This document shows, piece after piece, positions 14,197 to 29,122 of a stretch of 64,000 bases of DNA. The translations under genes were made by a program, and so were the position numbers. The stretch comes from Octopus vulgaris. Taxonomy: Eukaryota. The notes under the pieces were generated by a model. The model saw nothing but the letters and a program-made list of their open reading frames with translations. It did no database searches and was not told the DNA's origin. Numbering within the stretch: position 1 is the first letter of the stretch; the number at the start of each line of letters is the position of its first letter. Where the stretch lies: contig OX597821.1 in the NCBI GenBank assembly GCA_951406725.2, positions 8,184,001-8,248,000 of the forward strand, read 5' to 3'.

Positions 14197-14930
14197 GATG
14201 TATAACATCAGGAGTTTGGCAACTATTGTTCTTATAGACTCACAATAATAACATATATATAAAAAAAAAACTAGAGCCAGTTTACCTCTGATTACGAAGG
14301 ATATCCAATGTAGCTACTTGGTAAAGTAATTCGTGTAAAAATATCTCTTGAGTTATTTTATCCAAGTAAGCAAGAAAAATAAACTCTACAAAATGATGAA
14401 AGATACTCAAAAATATGTTTGAGCAGGTCCTACTCTGTTATGTAATTTATATCTTACAGAGTGGCTTCCAGCTAAGTATACAATATGCATGTTATTACAC
14501 AACTCATTTATGATGTTTCATTAAATGAACATAGAGTACCGTACGCAAATTATTTTTATATTCTGACTTCATTCTCCTAAATTATGAATATTGTACTAAT
14601 ATTTAGTGTTTGCTTGTGCAAACATGGAATTACACAAAACAAGGGATTTGGCTCTGCAGATATGAAGGAATGCACATTTTCATTGGATTTTGAACGCTTT
14701 TTATTTTCAAAATTCACAGTAATAACTGCACCCACTTAAGAATAATAAAAAAACATTTTTCTTTTGTTCCTCTCTTTCCTTATCTTTCTCACCCTACATA
14801 ATACAATTGACACCTTGAAAATGTTTATTTACAAATATGTTGATAGGTATACAATGAGAAAGGAAAGAGGAAGAAGTTTAAAAAGAGAAAGATACTTTCT
14901 AAAGAAATTTCAATGGCCTGACCACATCAG

Positions 14931-15100
14931 ATTGAAAAGAAACCTCTTTCTCTATCTATCAGTTCTCACACCTTTTACTTTTCTTCCTTTTCCTCCATTG
15001 TCCTGCTCTTCCAAGTATTTTTTTCTTTTTCATCTAAAATTCTGACTGCCTCCTTTTTCTCAATATACAATATCTGTACACCTCTTCAAACACTATATGC

Positions 15101-15174
<74 letters not shown>

Positions 15175-15303
15175 AAAGGAGATGTGGAACACGAGTTGTG
15201 ATATATAAAAAAAGGAAATGAAGAAAATGCTGACAAAATAATTTAAGTAAGGGAGAGTGTATTTAATTAGGTGAAAGTTCACCTAATTAAATACACTCTC
15301 CTT

Positions 15304-15346
<43 letters not shown>

Positions 15347-15594
15347 TATATTGTCAGTGTAGTTATGTGTCTTTGTATCTGTGTCTATCCACTCCTACCA
15401 CACTTGACAACCGGTGTTGGTGTGTTTGCGTCCACATTTGAAAAGAAACCTCTTTCTCTATATCAGTATTTTACTTTTCTTCCTTTTCCTCCATTGTCCT
15501 GCTCTTCCATATTTTTTTCTTTTTCATCTAAAATTCTGACTGCCTCCTTTTTCTCAATATACAATATCTGTACACCTCTTCAAACACTATATGC

Positions 15595-15665
<71 letters not shown>

Positions 15666-15831
15666 AAAAAGGAGATGTGGAACACGAGTTGTGATATATA
15701 AAAAAAGGAAATGAAGAAAATGCTGACAAAATAATTTAAGTAAGGGAGAGTGTATTTAATTAGGTGAAAGTTCACCTAATTAAATACACTCTCCCTTACT
15801 TAAATTATTTTGTCAGCATTTTCTTAATTTC

Positions 15832-15885
<54 letters not shown>

Positions 15886-15977
15886 GCGTGTGCGTGCGTG
15901 TAGTTGAGTGTGTCTTTGTATCTGTGTCTATCCACTCCTACCACACTTGACAACCGGTGTTGGCGTGTTTGCGTCCA
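14931..15977 (+). repeat. Local tandem duplication, period about 506 bp, containing a foldback palindrome
   Basis: ttgaaaagaaacctc...ggtgttgg..gcgtcca occurs twice. Confidence 0.8.
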
Positions 15978-16029
15978 TGTAACCTAGCGGTTCGGTAAAA
16001 GATACCGATAGAATAAGTGGCTAGACATC

Positions 16030-17345
16030 AGAAATTGATGTCTAGCTTTGTTGTGATTTTTTGGGGGAGTGTATGTGTGTGTGAGGTTACTACTTACATA
16101 AGTTGCAAAAGTTTGAGCGATGAACTTTGGGCCATGGTTGAATTCATTAGCAAATTTTCGAACTTCTGTCTGCGACGCAACTTTTCTGTCTTTACTGACG
16201 TATCCCCAAAAAGTTCTCTTGAGGCAATTCCTTCTCACCAACAAATTGCAAAACGTGAGACAATTAAGATTTCATTTGAAGGCCCGTAATCTCATCAAAC
16301 ATAACAGCAACAAATACTGCTTTTTCGATCATTAATTTCACCGTCACTATATAAGTAAATGATCTCGTTTCGAATATCACTTGAAATGTGCAGATGGCAT
16401 TTTTTTTCACCAAATCTAAATGCAATCGGAAACAATCACTGTATTCCGCCATTGCTTCACATATAGCTAGAAAATTACTCTGAGAGTTCACTTCACCATG
16501 GCTTCTCTTTTCAGAGAATGATAATATTTGATTTTTCTGTTTTATCGTGGACACCAAATGGTAATTCTTGACAGGCCAAAATTTCAATACAATGAATTAA
16601 CCTTTTCAATATATCATGAATTTTCTCTACTGATTTATTATGGAATTGAATCGAAGCTGCTTTCCAGTGATCGATCGCTGTATGAATTCGTTGTCAGCTA
16701 AAAGTTTTTAGAGCAATAACAGGATTTAGATGGTTTAGAGAATTTTTTTTTTTTCGCAACTGTAATCAAATTGTGCAAATCGCAATAGCCAGTGGTTGTC
16801 CATGTGATTTTATACTGACAAAGTAACAGACATGGGAAACAGAAAAATTTGTTCAGAATAGGACATTCAGTCATTCGCTCATACTGTTCATAATACTTTG
16901 AATCAAAATAACGATGCCCACTTTGGCTTTCATGTTCACTTCACCCTGGCTTCTCTTTTCAGAGAATGATAATATTCTTCTTATCTGCGAAGCTTCTTGT
17001 TGCGAAGGTCGGGATAGTAGAGAGGAAAGTGACCTAATTGACACTTTTGCCATCTGGGTGTGAATGAAAGCGTAAAAAATGTTACTGGGTTATAGTTATT
17101 TAATATGAATCCAAGTCTTATTCTAACAAAAAAATCAGGCGATGGTTTACATTATATGACATTTTAAAGAATAATTTTAAATATTTAAAATTAAATTTTA
17201 AGACATTGGAATGGAGAAATGGATGGAAACTAATTTTTAATCACAAAAAATAATCTTTACCTATTGCTTCTTCTCGATCCAAGTTTAGATTAGTCAAGAA
17301 AACTTTGGGGTCACATAAGTGAATTCGGGTCTGAAGAAGGGATCA
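16030..17345 (-). mobile_element. hAT-like (TTF zinc finger / DUF4371) transposase relic
   Basis: NKFFCFPC, WTTTGYCDLHNL, SHGEVNSQSNFL, FVAVMFDEIT fragments; internal duplication near 16485 and 16935. Ends approximate. Confidence 0.65.
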
Positions 17346-17562
17346 AGAATACTCTCCACAAGATGAATCTTTATAAAAAGCAGATGTAGCTGTGTGGTGA
17401 GAAGTTTGCTTCTCAACTACACGATTTCGGGTTCAGTCCCACTGTATGGCACCATGGGCATTTCTACTAGAGCCTCGGGCTGTAGTAGAAGTGCCCATGT
17501 TCAAAACTAGCATGGCAGGCAGCGCATGCGTTGCATATATTGACCCTTCGCCTCTGATATAC

Positions 17563-17615
<53 letters not shown>

Positions 17616-17671
17616 GCATATAGACTCGAGGCATGGTCCTTGTCGCCTCATGCCTATATGCTAGCCTTGGC

Positions 17672-17760
17672 TTTCTGCTGAAGATGGCAACGCCAATCGT
17701 AAATTAAAATTATTTTATTTTATTTACGAAAGATTGCCGAAACTATGCATAGTCCAGAAA
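17672..17760 (+). ncRNA. Type I hammerhead ribozyme
   Basis: tttctg-CTGAAGA(17678-17684)-t-ggcaa..tcgtaaat..atttacga..ttgcc-GAAA(17739-17742)-ctatgcatag-TC-cagaaa; 6-bp helix I, long helix II, palindromic helix III, GUC site after 17754. Confidence 0.8.
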
Positions 17761-18605
17761 AGATAGGGTAAACGTTTTTATTTCTCTTTCCATTTCAGAA
17801 TTACAATTATTTGTGGTTTGGAGTTTAACTGCTCTTTCTAGTGAGTCAGATATCCTATTATGGCCATCTCTTATGTGTTTAAATATATATATATATACAT
17901 TTTATATGTATATACCATATATACATATATATACATATATATAAATATATATATACGTATACCAGAGGCGAAGGGTCATGATATTGCTTCTAATAAATCG
18001 TGATTTTTATGACTATACCAACTATGATTTCTGTCTGCTCCTTCAGCAGATACTGCCCCTTTGTTCTCTCAGCCTTAGATATACAACGATTTGATAAAGT
18101 AGTCTATAAATTAAAACTGACCCCATAAAAACAAAAAAATAAATGACAGGCAGAGTCTGTAACGGTGTATATCTTCTTGATATCTTAGTAGCTTCTATGC
18201 TGGAGTGAAGGCAGCATGTTCTTTGTCTATGTCTTTAACTTCTTGGAGATTTTAGGTATAATTATACTAATGTGTCCATCTGTTCTAATTTGATTACTTT
18301 CTATGTCTTTGTGCAGCTGAGGATTCCTCTGCATTTTAAATTGACGTAATGATTGGATTGTTCAATTAAATGGATTTGCATGAAACGATCGTACTGCATC
18401 ACATCTGGATATCCTTGTTGCTTATTTTGATATATATATATATATAGACATGGCTGTGTGGTAAGAAGCTTGCTTCCCAGCCACATGGTTCCGGGTTCAG
18501 TTCTACTGCGTAGCACATTGGACAAGTGTTTTCTACTATATCCCTGGGCTGACCACAACCTTGTGAGTCGATTTGGTAGACAGAATGTGAAAGAAGCCCG
18601 TAATG

Positions 18606-18647
<42 letters not shown>

Positions 18648-18674
18648 ATGTATATATATAAATATATATGTGTG

Positions 18675-18818
<144 letters not shown>

Positions 18819-18819
18819 G

Positions 18820-18899
<80 letters not shown>

Positions 18900-19385
18900 T
18901 ACATAAGCACACGTGACATACATACATACATATACACACGTTATTTAAATATTGCGTTCAGATGTACATTCGAACACAGTGTAATGGCATGTTCAGACAC
19001 ATGCACGCGCACTCACGAATTGAAATACACCTTCATAATAACCCCCCGCCCCACCCCCCACACACTCATATTTGCATACACCAATACCTATCTGTTCCAC
19101 GCAACCACTCAGGGCTGAGTCCGGGTTATAAAGTAAGAATATCAACAGCTCATTACTATTCATTCGATGCATAATCAAGCGTAATCTCACGCGCGAATTT
19201 ACTCACGCACCTCCACACACACGCACACACTCACGCACCTGCACACGCACTAATACAAAATTACACGCACATGCACGCGTGCACAACAGATAAGCATGAA
19301 TATACAAACACACATATATACACGAACAATTATTCGCGCACACATACCAGAACACGTTAGGACACTTACTCACGCACACTCACGA

Positions 19386-19459
<74 letters not shown>

Positions 19460-20205
19460 GCAGAAGCACACACATACGCACTCACATACATATACACGTG
19501 TCACGTTCTTTGACATCTTCACGACACATTCACATACGCACATATAAACATGCATACACACACACATACTCATCTCAATTACAGCCAATAACAACTACAT
19601 GTGTAATGTGTAATGCACGCACACACGCACACATACACACACGCACACACGCACACACACACACACACACGTACGCATTCACAAACACTCACTCGCACAC
19701 ACACACACACGCACAAGTACATTTACACACAAACACAGTCACATAAATGCGTAAACAGGTGTGATATCAACATCATCCACATGCGTAATCACACACACAC
19801 ACACACACACGCATACACATGCTCACACGCATGCACACACACACGCATGCATACACACACACACACATACGTATTACAACACGACAAAGCTTCAGACATG
19901 GGAGAAATAGCAGTTAAATCTACCTCAAATCATTTCAAAGTCTGTAGACCAGAATATGGGAAGGAAAACAATATAAAAGAAAAAAAGTTGGGTTTGTCAC
20001 GGAAGGAACGCCTTTGATCATGGGTCTGTTATATCAGTTGTACTCTGGGGCTAAACAAGTACTGTAGCTAGGACATCACAGATATAGTGGCACACACGCA
20101 CGAACGCAGACACACTCCAATACACACATGCTCATACACGCACACGCACGTGCGTGCGGAGATGCATGTCTATACACACACAGACACACGCACGCACACA
20201 TACGC

Positions 20206-20253
<48 letters not shown>

Positions 20254-21484
20254 AGACAGGGCAATATGCACGCGTTAGTAATCCTATACACACTTGCACC
20301 ATCATACAATTACACATAAACACAGTGACATAGTCACTCACGCACATGCACACGCACGCGCGCGCATACACATACGTACACACACGTGCACTCGCACACA
20401 CACATACACTACAAACACAAGTGCACGCGCGAACACATACACACACATATAAACACACGCATTTCACAGGTTAACCGAGTTACACGTACACACAGACCCA
20501 CGTACACACACACACCCAGCCACATGAAAACACAAGTCACTCACACATACATGTTTAAACAGCCACACACGCATACACACACACACATGCACACATACAC
20601 ACACATACACACACACACACACACACACATACACACACACACACAACATCACAGGCTGATAACGACGCAGTCACATTAAAAAAAAACCCAGCTACACATC
20701 CAGTCTCTCTAGCTCTCTCTCTGTCTCTCTCTCTCTCTCACACACACACATATACACACACAAACAAGCACATACATACATACATACACAGCCACACTCT
20801 CACACCCACACATAACCACACACTGCTCCAACTATACACACATACATAGCAACGTGTGTGCAGACGCACAGGCACATAGGAGCCAAAGAGGCAAGCTGAG
20901 TGCTCGTTCGTTCGTATTTCTCCGTCCATTTCTCTACAACAATCTGTGGCAAAAGATCAGCGTCAAAGGCAGCTCACAGGTTTGTTCCCCTCTAGCTTTC
21001 TTTCTCACCCTCTCCCTCTCCCTCTCCCTATGACTTTCTACCTTTCTATGTGTCTGTCTCTCTCACTCTGTTTCTGTCTCTCTCTCTCTGTCGCTCTATC
21101 ATAGGTCCAAGTACGCGCTCGTACCCATACGCACAGACACATGTAAACACACAGATACAGAAGCACACACACACACACACACACACACATGCGCGCGCGC
21201 ATAGACACGTAAACACAAGTCTAATTAATGCATACATATGTGTGCGTGTGTACACACACACACATAGGAAATAGTGGCACAACAAGGTACCAATTTTTGC
21301 TGGAAATAGCAGTCGATAATCGTTCCACGCTAGGTAAAGCATCACTGAATGTATATATATATATATATTTATATATATACCGAAGTAAACACATAAATGT
21401 GAAACAAGGTGGAAAAAAGAGTACTCAAATACCAGTGGTAGAGTAATATGCTTTATTTAAAAGCAGCAGAAAATTCAACAAAAC

Positions 21485-21522
21485 CTGTTACTCTGGGTTT
21501 CCCGTTCCCGTTCGTCGGACAG
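21485..21522 (-). ncRNA. Minimal hammerhead-like motif (CCGACGA core)
   Basis: Minus: ctgt-CCGACGA-a-cg(ggaa)cg-g-GAAA-cccagag-TA-acag. Confidence 0.45.
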
Positions 21523-21543
21523 TTTTCCGCTGCTTTAAATAAA

Positions 21544-21586
<43 letters not shown>

Positions 21587-21796
21587 TGTATACACACACA
21601 CACATACACAAACTGTGTGTGTGCGTGTGTGCATGTGAGCGATGTATTATACAGATTTCCAAACAAATATAAATATATATATATGTATTGTGTGATGACC
21701 AATATTTTAAACTAGTTTCTTATGTATGTGCGTATATGTATGTATGTATGTATGTATGTATGCATGTATGTATGTATGTATGTATGTATGAATATA

Positions 21797-21929
<133 letters not shown>

Positions 21930-21945
21930 TATTATATAAATACAT

Positions 21946-21988
<43 letters not shown>

Positions 21989-21997
21989 ATATATATG

Positions 21998-22040
<43 letters not shown>

Positions 22041-22641
22041 ATATATATATCCCATTGTAAATTTGAGTGAGGTTTCTCTGTCCGTTATGTTTTTATGATC
22101 GTTTACTCCTCCTAGACCGTTGGTGCAAAGACAACGAAGCTTAAACCAGCAACTCCCCTAAGCCCAGTATAATGGGGGTCTATTTTTTTAAGGGCCACCT
22201 ATTTGGGGCCCCACTGACCTTCTACTTTTACTGCATTTTAAACTAAATGCATGGCATTGGCGACCAAATCGGAGCAATGACAATGAATTTCATACCATGA
22301 ACTCCCAGGAAGTATTGTAAGGAGGTTCAATTTCTGAAGGGCCGCTTGAATACTGACCCACCCCTATTTTTATTGCATTTACCTCACCCCTATGCTTATT
22401 GATTAAACTATGATCAACATCAGTTCTTAGCATATTTACAGAAATAAGTTTGGGCATTACATTACACAAGGGTGGAGGGCCGCCAAGTGGCCTCATAGTG
22501 TAGCCGAAGGACTCAAAGGTGCCCTCCGAAGGAGCTATCTTGAATACCGCCAGAAGGCCGGCTTCAAGGCTAGTATATCTACTTGGTGTAATTGATAATT
22601 ATCCCTAATTAATTAATTTCACCCTTTATTATTATTACTGA

Positions 22642-22672
<31 letters not shown>

Positions 22673-22767
22673 GCTTACGTGCGTATGATTGTGCATATGT
22701 ATGTGTGTGTGTGTATGTATGTATGTGTGTGTATGTATATATGTGCGTATGCATGCACACACCTGTC

Positions 22768-22822
<55 letters not shown>

Positions 22823-23310
22823 ACAACCACATGCCGTTGTAATACATATATATACAAACACACACACACACACACACACATACACACACACACGTTATAT
22901 ATTATGTATGTTACGAAATATTTGCATTCAAATAAATTCCTTTCCATATCGCGCGCACACGCACCTACACACATGAATAATTTGTTTTTGTTGTGGTTGT
23001 GTGTATGTGTGCATGCGCTCCTGATTTCATATCTACACAAACATACACACGTGTGTGTGTGCTTGCATGTATGTGAGTGTATGTATGCATATACATATTG
23101 TTTACACACACACATATATACATGTATATATATATATATAATAAACCTATACGTAAATAAATAACGTGAAATACACGAAGGGACGAACAAAAAAACAAAC
23201 GGGTCATTCAAAGCCTTCGTTCTTCAGTCAGAAACTGATCCCTCATCGCAGATTTCGGCTGTTTAATTCTATATGCAAATATTTGTAAATAAAGGATACC
23301 CTAACTTCTT

Positions 23311-23395
<85 letters not shown>

Positions 23396-23422
23396 CTATC
23401 TATCTGTCTGTCTATCTATCTG

Positions 23423-23603
<181 letters not shown>

Positions 23604-23614
23604 TTCTCTTTCTG

Positions 23615-23669
<55 letters not shown>

Positions 23670-23864
23670 CTATCAATGTCTGTCCGTCTTTTTCTCTTGA
23701 TTTCCACCCCTCAGGTGTTTCGACTTTCTCTCTCTCTAAGACCATAACATTACATCTACATATAGACGAATCCTTAACAAACCGTTTGTCACTATCTGCA
23801 ACCCCACTCTTTCACACACACACAGAGGCATACACATATATAGGGGACACACACACATACACAC

Positions 23865-23900
<36 letters not shown>

Positions 23901-24180
23901 ATATATACATATATATAAATATATATCTATGTATGTAATCACTCGTAAAGTGCCGCCTCTTTCTGTATCTTTGTCAATACAGTCTACGTGACTTCCGTTA
24001 GTCCTTCCATCTCTCTATCCGTCTATCAGTTTACCTTCCCTCCTGCTACTTCCTTATCTATCTTTCTGTCAACCCATCAACTCATATATGAATATATGAA
24101 TATATATATATAAATACGTATATAAATGACGCTATAAGCATAGTGTATAGCCACACCTTTACGTTTATATCTTCAGCAAT

Positions 24181-24229
24181 ATGTCGTCTGCACCTGTGGA
24201 TGTAATCGTCGTTGGTGGTGGCCTCAGCG
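24181..24229 (+). CDS. MAO: Monoamine oxidase (flavin amine oxidase, MAO-A/B-like), coding exon 1: MSSAPVDVIVVGGGLS+G
   Basis: ATG at 24181 gives DVIVVGGGLSG, the start of the FAD-binding GxGxxG motif; strong donor G|GTAAGT at 24229/24230 (phase 1); acceptor-like tttatatcttcAG at 24175-24176 just upstream. Joins in frame to the exon at 55867. Resembles vertebrate MAOB N-terminus MSNKCDVVVVGGGISG (from memory). Confidence 0.9.
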
Positions 24230-24449
24230 GTAAGTACGTTATGTTGTTCTAAAAGCAAATGTGTGTGTGTGTGTATAATATATAGAATATGCACTTAAGT
24301 ATGTAAGTATGTATGAATGTATGTACGTATATATGTATGCATGTATATATGCAAGCCTGTATATATGTATGGCTGTATATATATGTATATATTTATGTGT
24401 GTATATATATGTGTATGTATGTATGTATATATATGCATACACATATACA

Positions 24450-24573
<124 letters not shown>

Positions 24574-24683
24574 CTTTATCTCTCTCTCTCTCTATATATA
24601 TATGTATTGTGTATATATGTGTCTGTATACATATATATATACACAAATCTACCTTTACATATCAGCATGTATATACATATCAG

Positions 24684-24742
<59 letters not shown>

Positions 24743-24753
24743 CTCTATCTTTC

Positions 24754-24784
<31 letters not shown>

Positions 24785-25181
24785 GTGTATGTGTACGTAT
24801 GTGGTTATATATGCTTGCGTGTGCGCTCACGTGTGTATGTATATATATATATGTATGTATACCAGGAATAGCCATACAGCTTCCTTGTTGCTACTTGGAA
24901 AGGGTGTGCATATGTATATATGTGAAAATGTGTGTTTGTGTGTGTGTGTTTATGTGTGCGTATGTGTGTATGTTTCTGTTTGTGTGCTTGCTACTGGCAC
25001 GTGTGTGTCAATGTGTAGACACAGATGTGTGTGTGCTCATAGGTTTGTTCAAGTACTCTGATGTCCCGTACGCGTGTATCTACATGCGAATGTATGCCAT
25101 GTATATTTGTGTAAATGTGTGTGTGTGCGTGTATGGTATAAGAAATGTATGTAGCCCATAGACGGGCCATAACTATCTTTA

Positions 25182-25230
<49 letters not shown>

Positions 25231-25297
25231 CATAAAGGAAGTGCTCCAGTATGGCTGCAGTGAAATGACTCAAACAAGTAAAAGAATGAAAGAATAT

Positions 25298-25337
<40 letters not shown>

Positions 25338-25358
25338 CAGCAGAAAATTCAACAAAAC

Positions 25359-25396
25359 CTGTTACTCTGAGTTTCCCGTTGCCGTTCGTCGGACAG
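25359..25396 (-). ncRNA. Minimal hammerhead-like motif (CCGACGA core), second copy
   Basis: Minus: ctgt-CCGACGA-a-cg(gcaa)cg-g-GAAA-ctcagag-TA-acag; helix III ctc/gag. Confidence 0.5.
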
Positions 25397-25947
25397 TTTT
25401 TGCTAGAGAAAAAAAAATATATATGTGTGTATACACACGTACACATATGTATGCATGTAAAAACTAAACGCATGAATACCAACACATCTCTCGATTGTAA
25501 GAATGCCATGAAGAATTAATTTACAATCAAAACAGGACGTGATCGAAGAGCAAACGACGGAGCCAATATGCCGTCACCAAACATACCAGAAGCAGCGGTA
25601 AATTCTGTTTAAGCCAAATCTGATTATCCGAAACGAGGAAGGATGCGAGTGAAGCATACGCTAAATGATATCGTAATAAGTATGACGAGAGTTGAGAAAT
25701 TAATTGGACGGTCCTGGTTGGAACGCTTTCATCATCGGTCTACTGGATCAGGGTTGGCCATGGGTTGACAATAACGACGGTCCCATGTTAACTCTGGGCC
25801 ATTTCGCCATATACAAAGGAAATCCCTCAAATAACACGGTACACGTATGTGACATTTACATAATACATACATACATACATACATACATACATGCATATGT
25901 GCATACATACACACATACAAACATACATACATACATACACACATACA

Positions 25948-25978
<31 letters not shown>

Positions 25979-26365
25979 GTGCATACATACACACACACAA
26001 ACATATATACATACATACATACAAACATACATACATACAAACATACATACATACATACAAACATACATACGTACATACATACATACATACATACATATGT
26101 GCATACATACATACATACATACATGCATACATACACACATACAAACATACATACATACATACATACAAGCATACATACACACATACATACATACATACAT
26201 GCATACATACATACATACATACACAAACACACACATATATATTACTATTTTAATATAATCATATGTGTGTGTGTGTTTGCCTGTGTGTATGTATACATAC
26301 ACTCACATATATAGATACATTCAGTCGGCGTATATAATTAATCTCTCTTTGATTAATTTGGAACC

Positions 26366-26411
26366 AGTTTGGTAAGTGCCAGGGCACGAAACTCGTGGCT
26401 CTTGCGTCACT
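26366..26411 (+). ncRNA. Degenerate hammerhead motif
   Basis: agt-TTGGTAA-gtgc(cagg)gcac-GAAA-ctcgtggctcttgcg-TC-act; A6G core change and helix III mismatch. A related 3' half gcacGAAActc..gagTC lies at 10894-10918. Confidence 0.4.
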
Positions 26412-26474
26412 TCGTAACTTCTGCCGAAGAAATACTAAAATACAGACACACATATACACATCCATATACACAGA

Positions 26475-26521
<47 letters not shown>

Positions 26522-27524
26522 TTAAATACATACATACATATATACATATATATATATGCTTACAAACAGACATACGCACACCACACGCACGCACACATGC
26601 ACATATATGTATATGCACTCACACACACACACACACACACACATGTATATTATAACATGGTCACAGACTTTGGACTGAAGCATGTAAAAAAATAAAAGAA
26701 TGTGTACATACATGCACACATATTTATATATATATATATGCACAGACAACACCATATCGTTGTAATAAATTTATATACGCACACACGCGCACGCGCGCTC
26801 GCACTCATTCACTCTCTCTTTCTCTCTCTCACATGTAAAGTGACGACAGAAAAGGAGAAAGAAAAATAGATAGATAGTTAAATACAGATGGTTAGAGAGA
26901 GACAGAGAGAGAGAGAGAGACAGAGAGAGAGAGACAGAGAGAGAGAGAGACAGAGAGAGGAAATAAGAGTGGGAGAAAGAGGAACAGAGAGAGAGCGAGA
27001 GAGAGGAAAGCGAAGACAGAGAGAAAGAAAAATAGATAGATAGTTAAATACAGATAGTTAGAGAGAGAGAGAGAGAGAGGAAAAGAGAGACAGAGAGAGA
27101 GAGAGAGGGAGAGAGAGGAAAAGAGAGTGGGAGAAAGAGAGAGAGAGAGAGAGAGAGGAAAGCGAAGACAGAGAGAAAGACAAAAGAAAGGCAGATAGTA
27201 ATAAAGCAACAGGATGATGGCTGCTGTTGTCATTTCAAAATTCCGTTTGGTATCCTCACCAGCGCGTTGCACCCTTTGCATTCAGCTGTACAACACAGCA
27301 ATGTTTATGATTGTAGGTACTTCAATTGCTGCACAATCGCTACACGGCCACCCGTAGCCTTTTATTTTCCTCCGCTTTGAGCCAAGTGCGTGAATGGATA
27401 CATACTACCGAAGATGCGAGTGCGCGCATGTGTATTTGCGTGTGTATATGAATGTGTATACGTGAGAATGTACACACATTATATATATATATATATATAT
27501 ATCTTTATCTGTATTTCTTTGATG

Positions 27525-27609
<85 letters not shown>

Positions 27610-27709
27610 CCTACCTACCTAGCTAGCTGTCTGTCTCTCAGCTTAACTACCCAAACACACACTCACCCTTTTACCTACTTACCTCCCTGCTTACCTAAAG
27701 GCTAACCAC

Positions 27710-27741
<32 letters not shown>

Positions 27742-27971
27742 TTATCTATCCAAACATTCACTCACCCATTTACCTACCTACCTACCTACCTACTAACGTG
27801 CCTACCTACCTACCTACCTACCTACCTACCTACCTACCTACCTACCTACCTATCTATCTATCTATCTACCTATCTACCTATCTATCTGTTTTTGTGTACA
27901 CCCTCAACAGGTACATATATGCATATGTATAAACAAACGTTTATACACATATACACACCTGCACGTATATG

Positions 27972-28110
<139 letters not shown>

Positions 28111-28361
28111 AACATATACATATACATACATATACATATACATACATATACATATACATACATATGCATGCGTGTATACATCTACGCACGTGCATATACA
28201 AATGTATATAATGCACGTAAGTGTATTAATTTGTGTCGCACACCTGATACATTTCTTCCTATAACTAATCGGTATGTACGTACGTACGTGCGTGTGTGTG
28301 TGTGTGTATGTGTGTGTGTGTGTGTGTGTGTGTCTGTATGTGTGTGTTTGTGTATGCGTGC

Positions 28362-28394
<33 letters not shown>

Positions 28395-28563
28395 GTACAT
28401 ATACACATACAGATACGGAAACACACATAAATATGCCCAAGTTTGCACGTTATCCTACACCCGGAATATTCATGATGTTATTAATGTGCATATGTGGCTT
28501 CGTAAATTTTGTACTTACATATACGTACATGTGTCATTTTATATATGCACATCTGTTTGTGAA

Positions 28564-28708
<145 letters not shown>

Positions 28709-28713
28709 TATAG

Positions 28714-28854
28714 GCATAAGTAGCTTGCTAACCAACGACATGGTTCCGGGTTCAGTCCACTGCGTGGCATCTTGGGCAAGTGTCTTCTGCATAGCCCCGG
28801 GCCGACCAAAGCCTTGTGAGTGGATTTGGTAGACGGAAACGAAAAAGCCTATCG

Positions 28855-28916
<62 letters not shown>

Positions 28917-29074
28917 GCATTGCTTGACAACCGATGCTGGTGTGTTACGTCCCCGTCACTTAGCGGTTCGGCAAAGAGCCCGATAGAATAAGTACTGGGC
29001 TTACAAAGAATATATATAAAGGCGGTGCTCAGCATACAGTCAAATGACTGAAACAAGTAAAGAGAGAGTAAAAG

Positions 29075-29075
<1 letters not shown>
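28714..29075 (+). mobile_element. SINE family C copy
   Basis: Homology to 54910-55333 with internal (TA)n. Confidence 0.8.

Positions 29076-29122
<47 letters not shown>

Noticed and set aside
23200-23262. CTGAAGA and GAAA on minus strand suggesting a type II hammerhead
   Set aside because: Could not place helix I and a NUH site consistently; helix II is offset by 5 nt.
25715-25745. CCGATGA-t-GAAA-gcgTT on minus strand
   Set aside because: No helix I pairing; the sequence resembles a repeat tail also seen near 20000.
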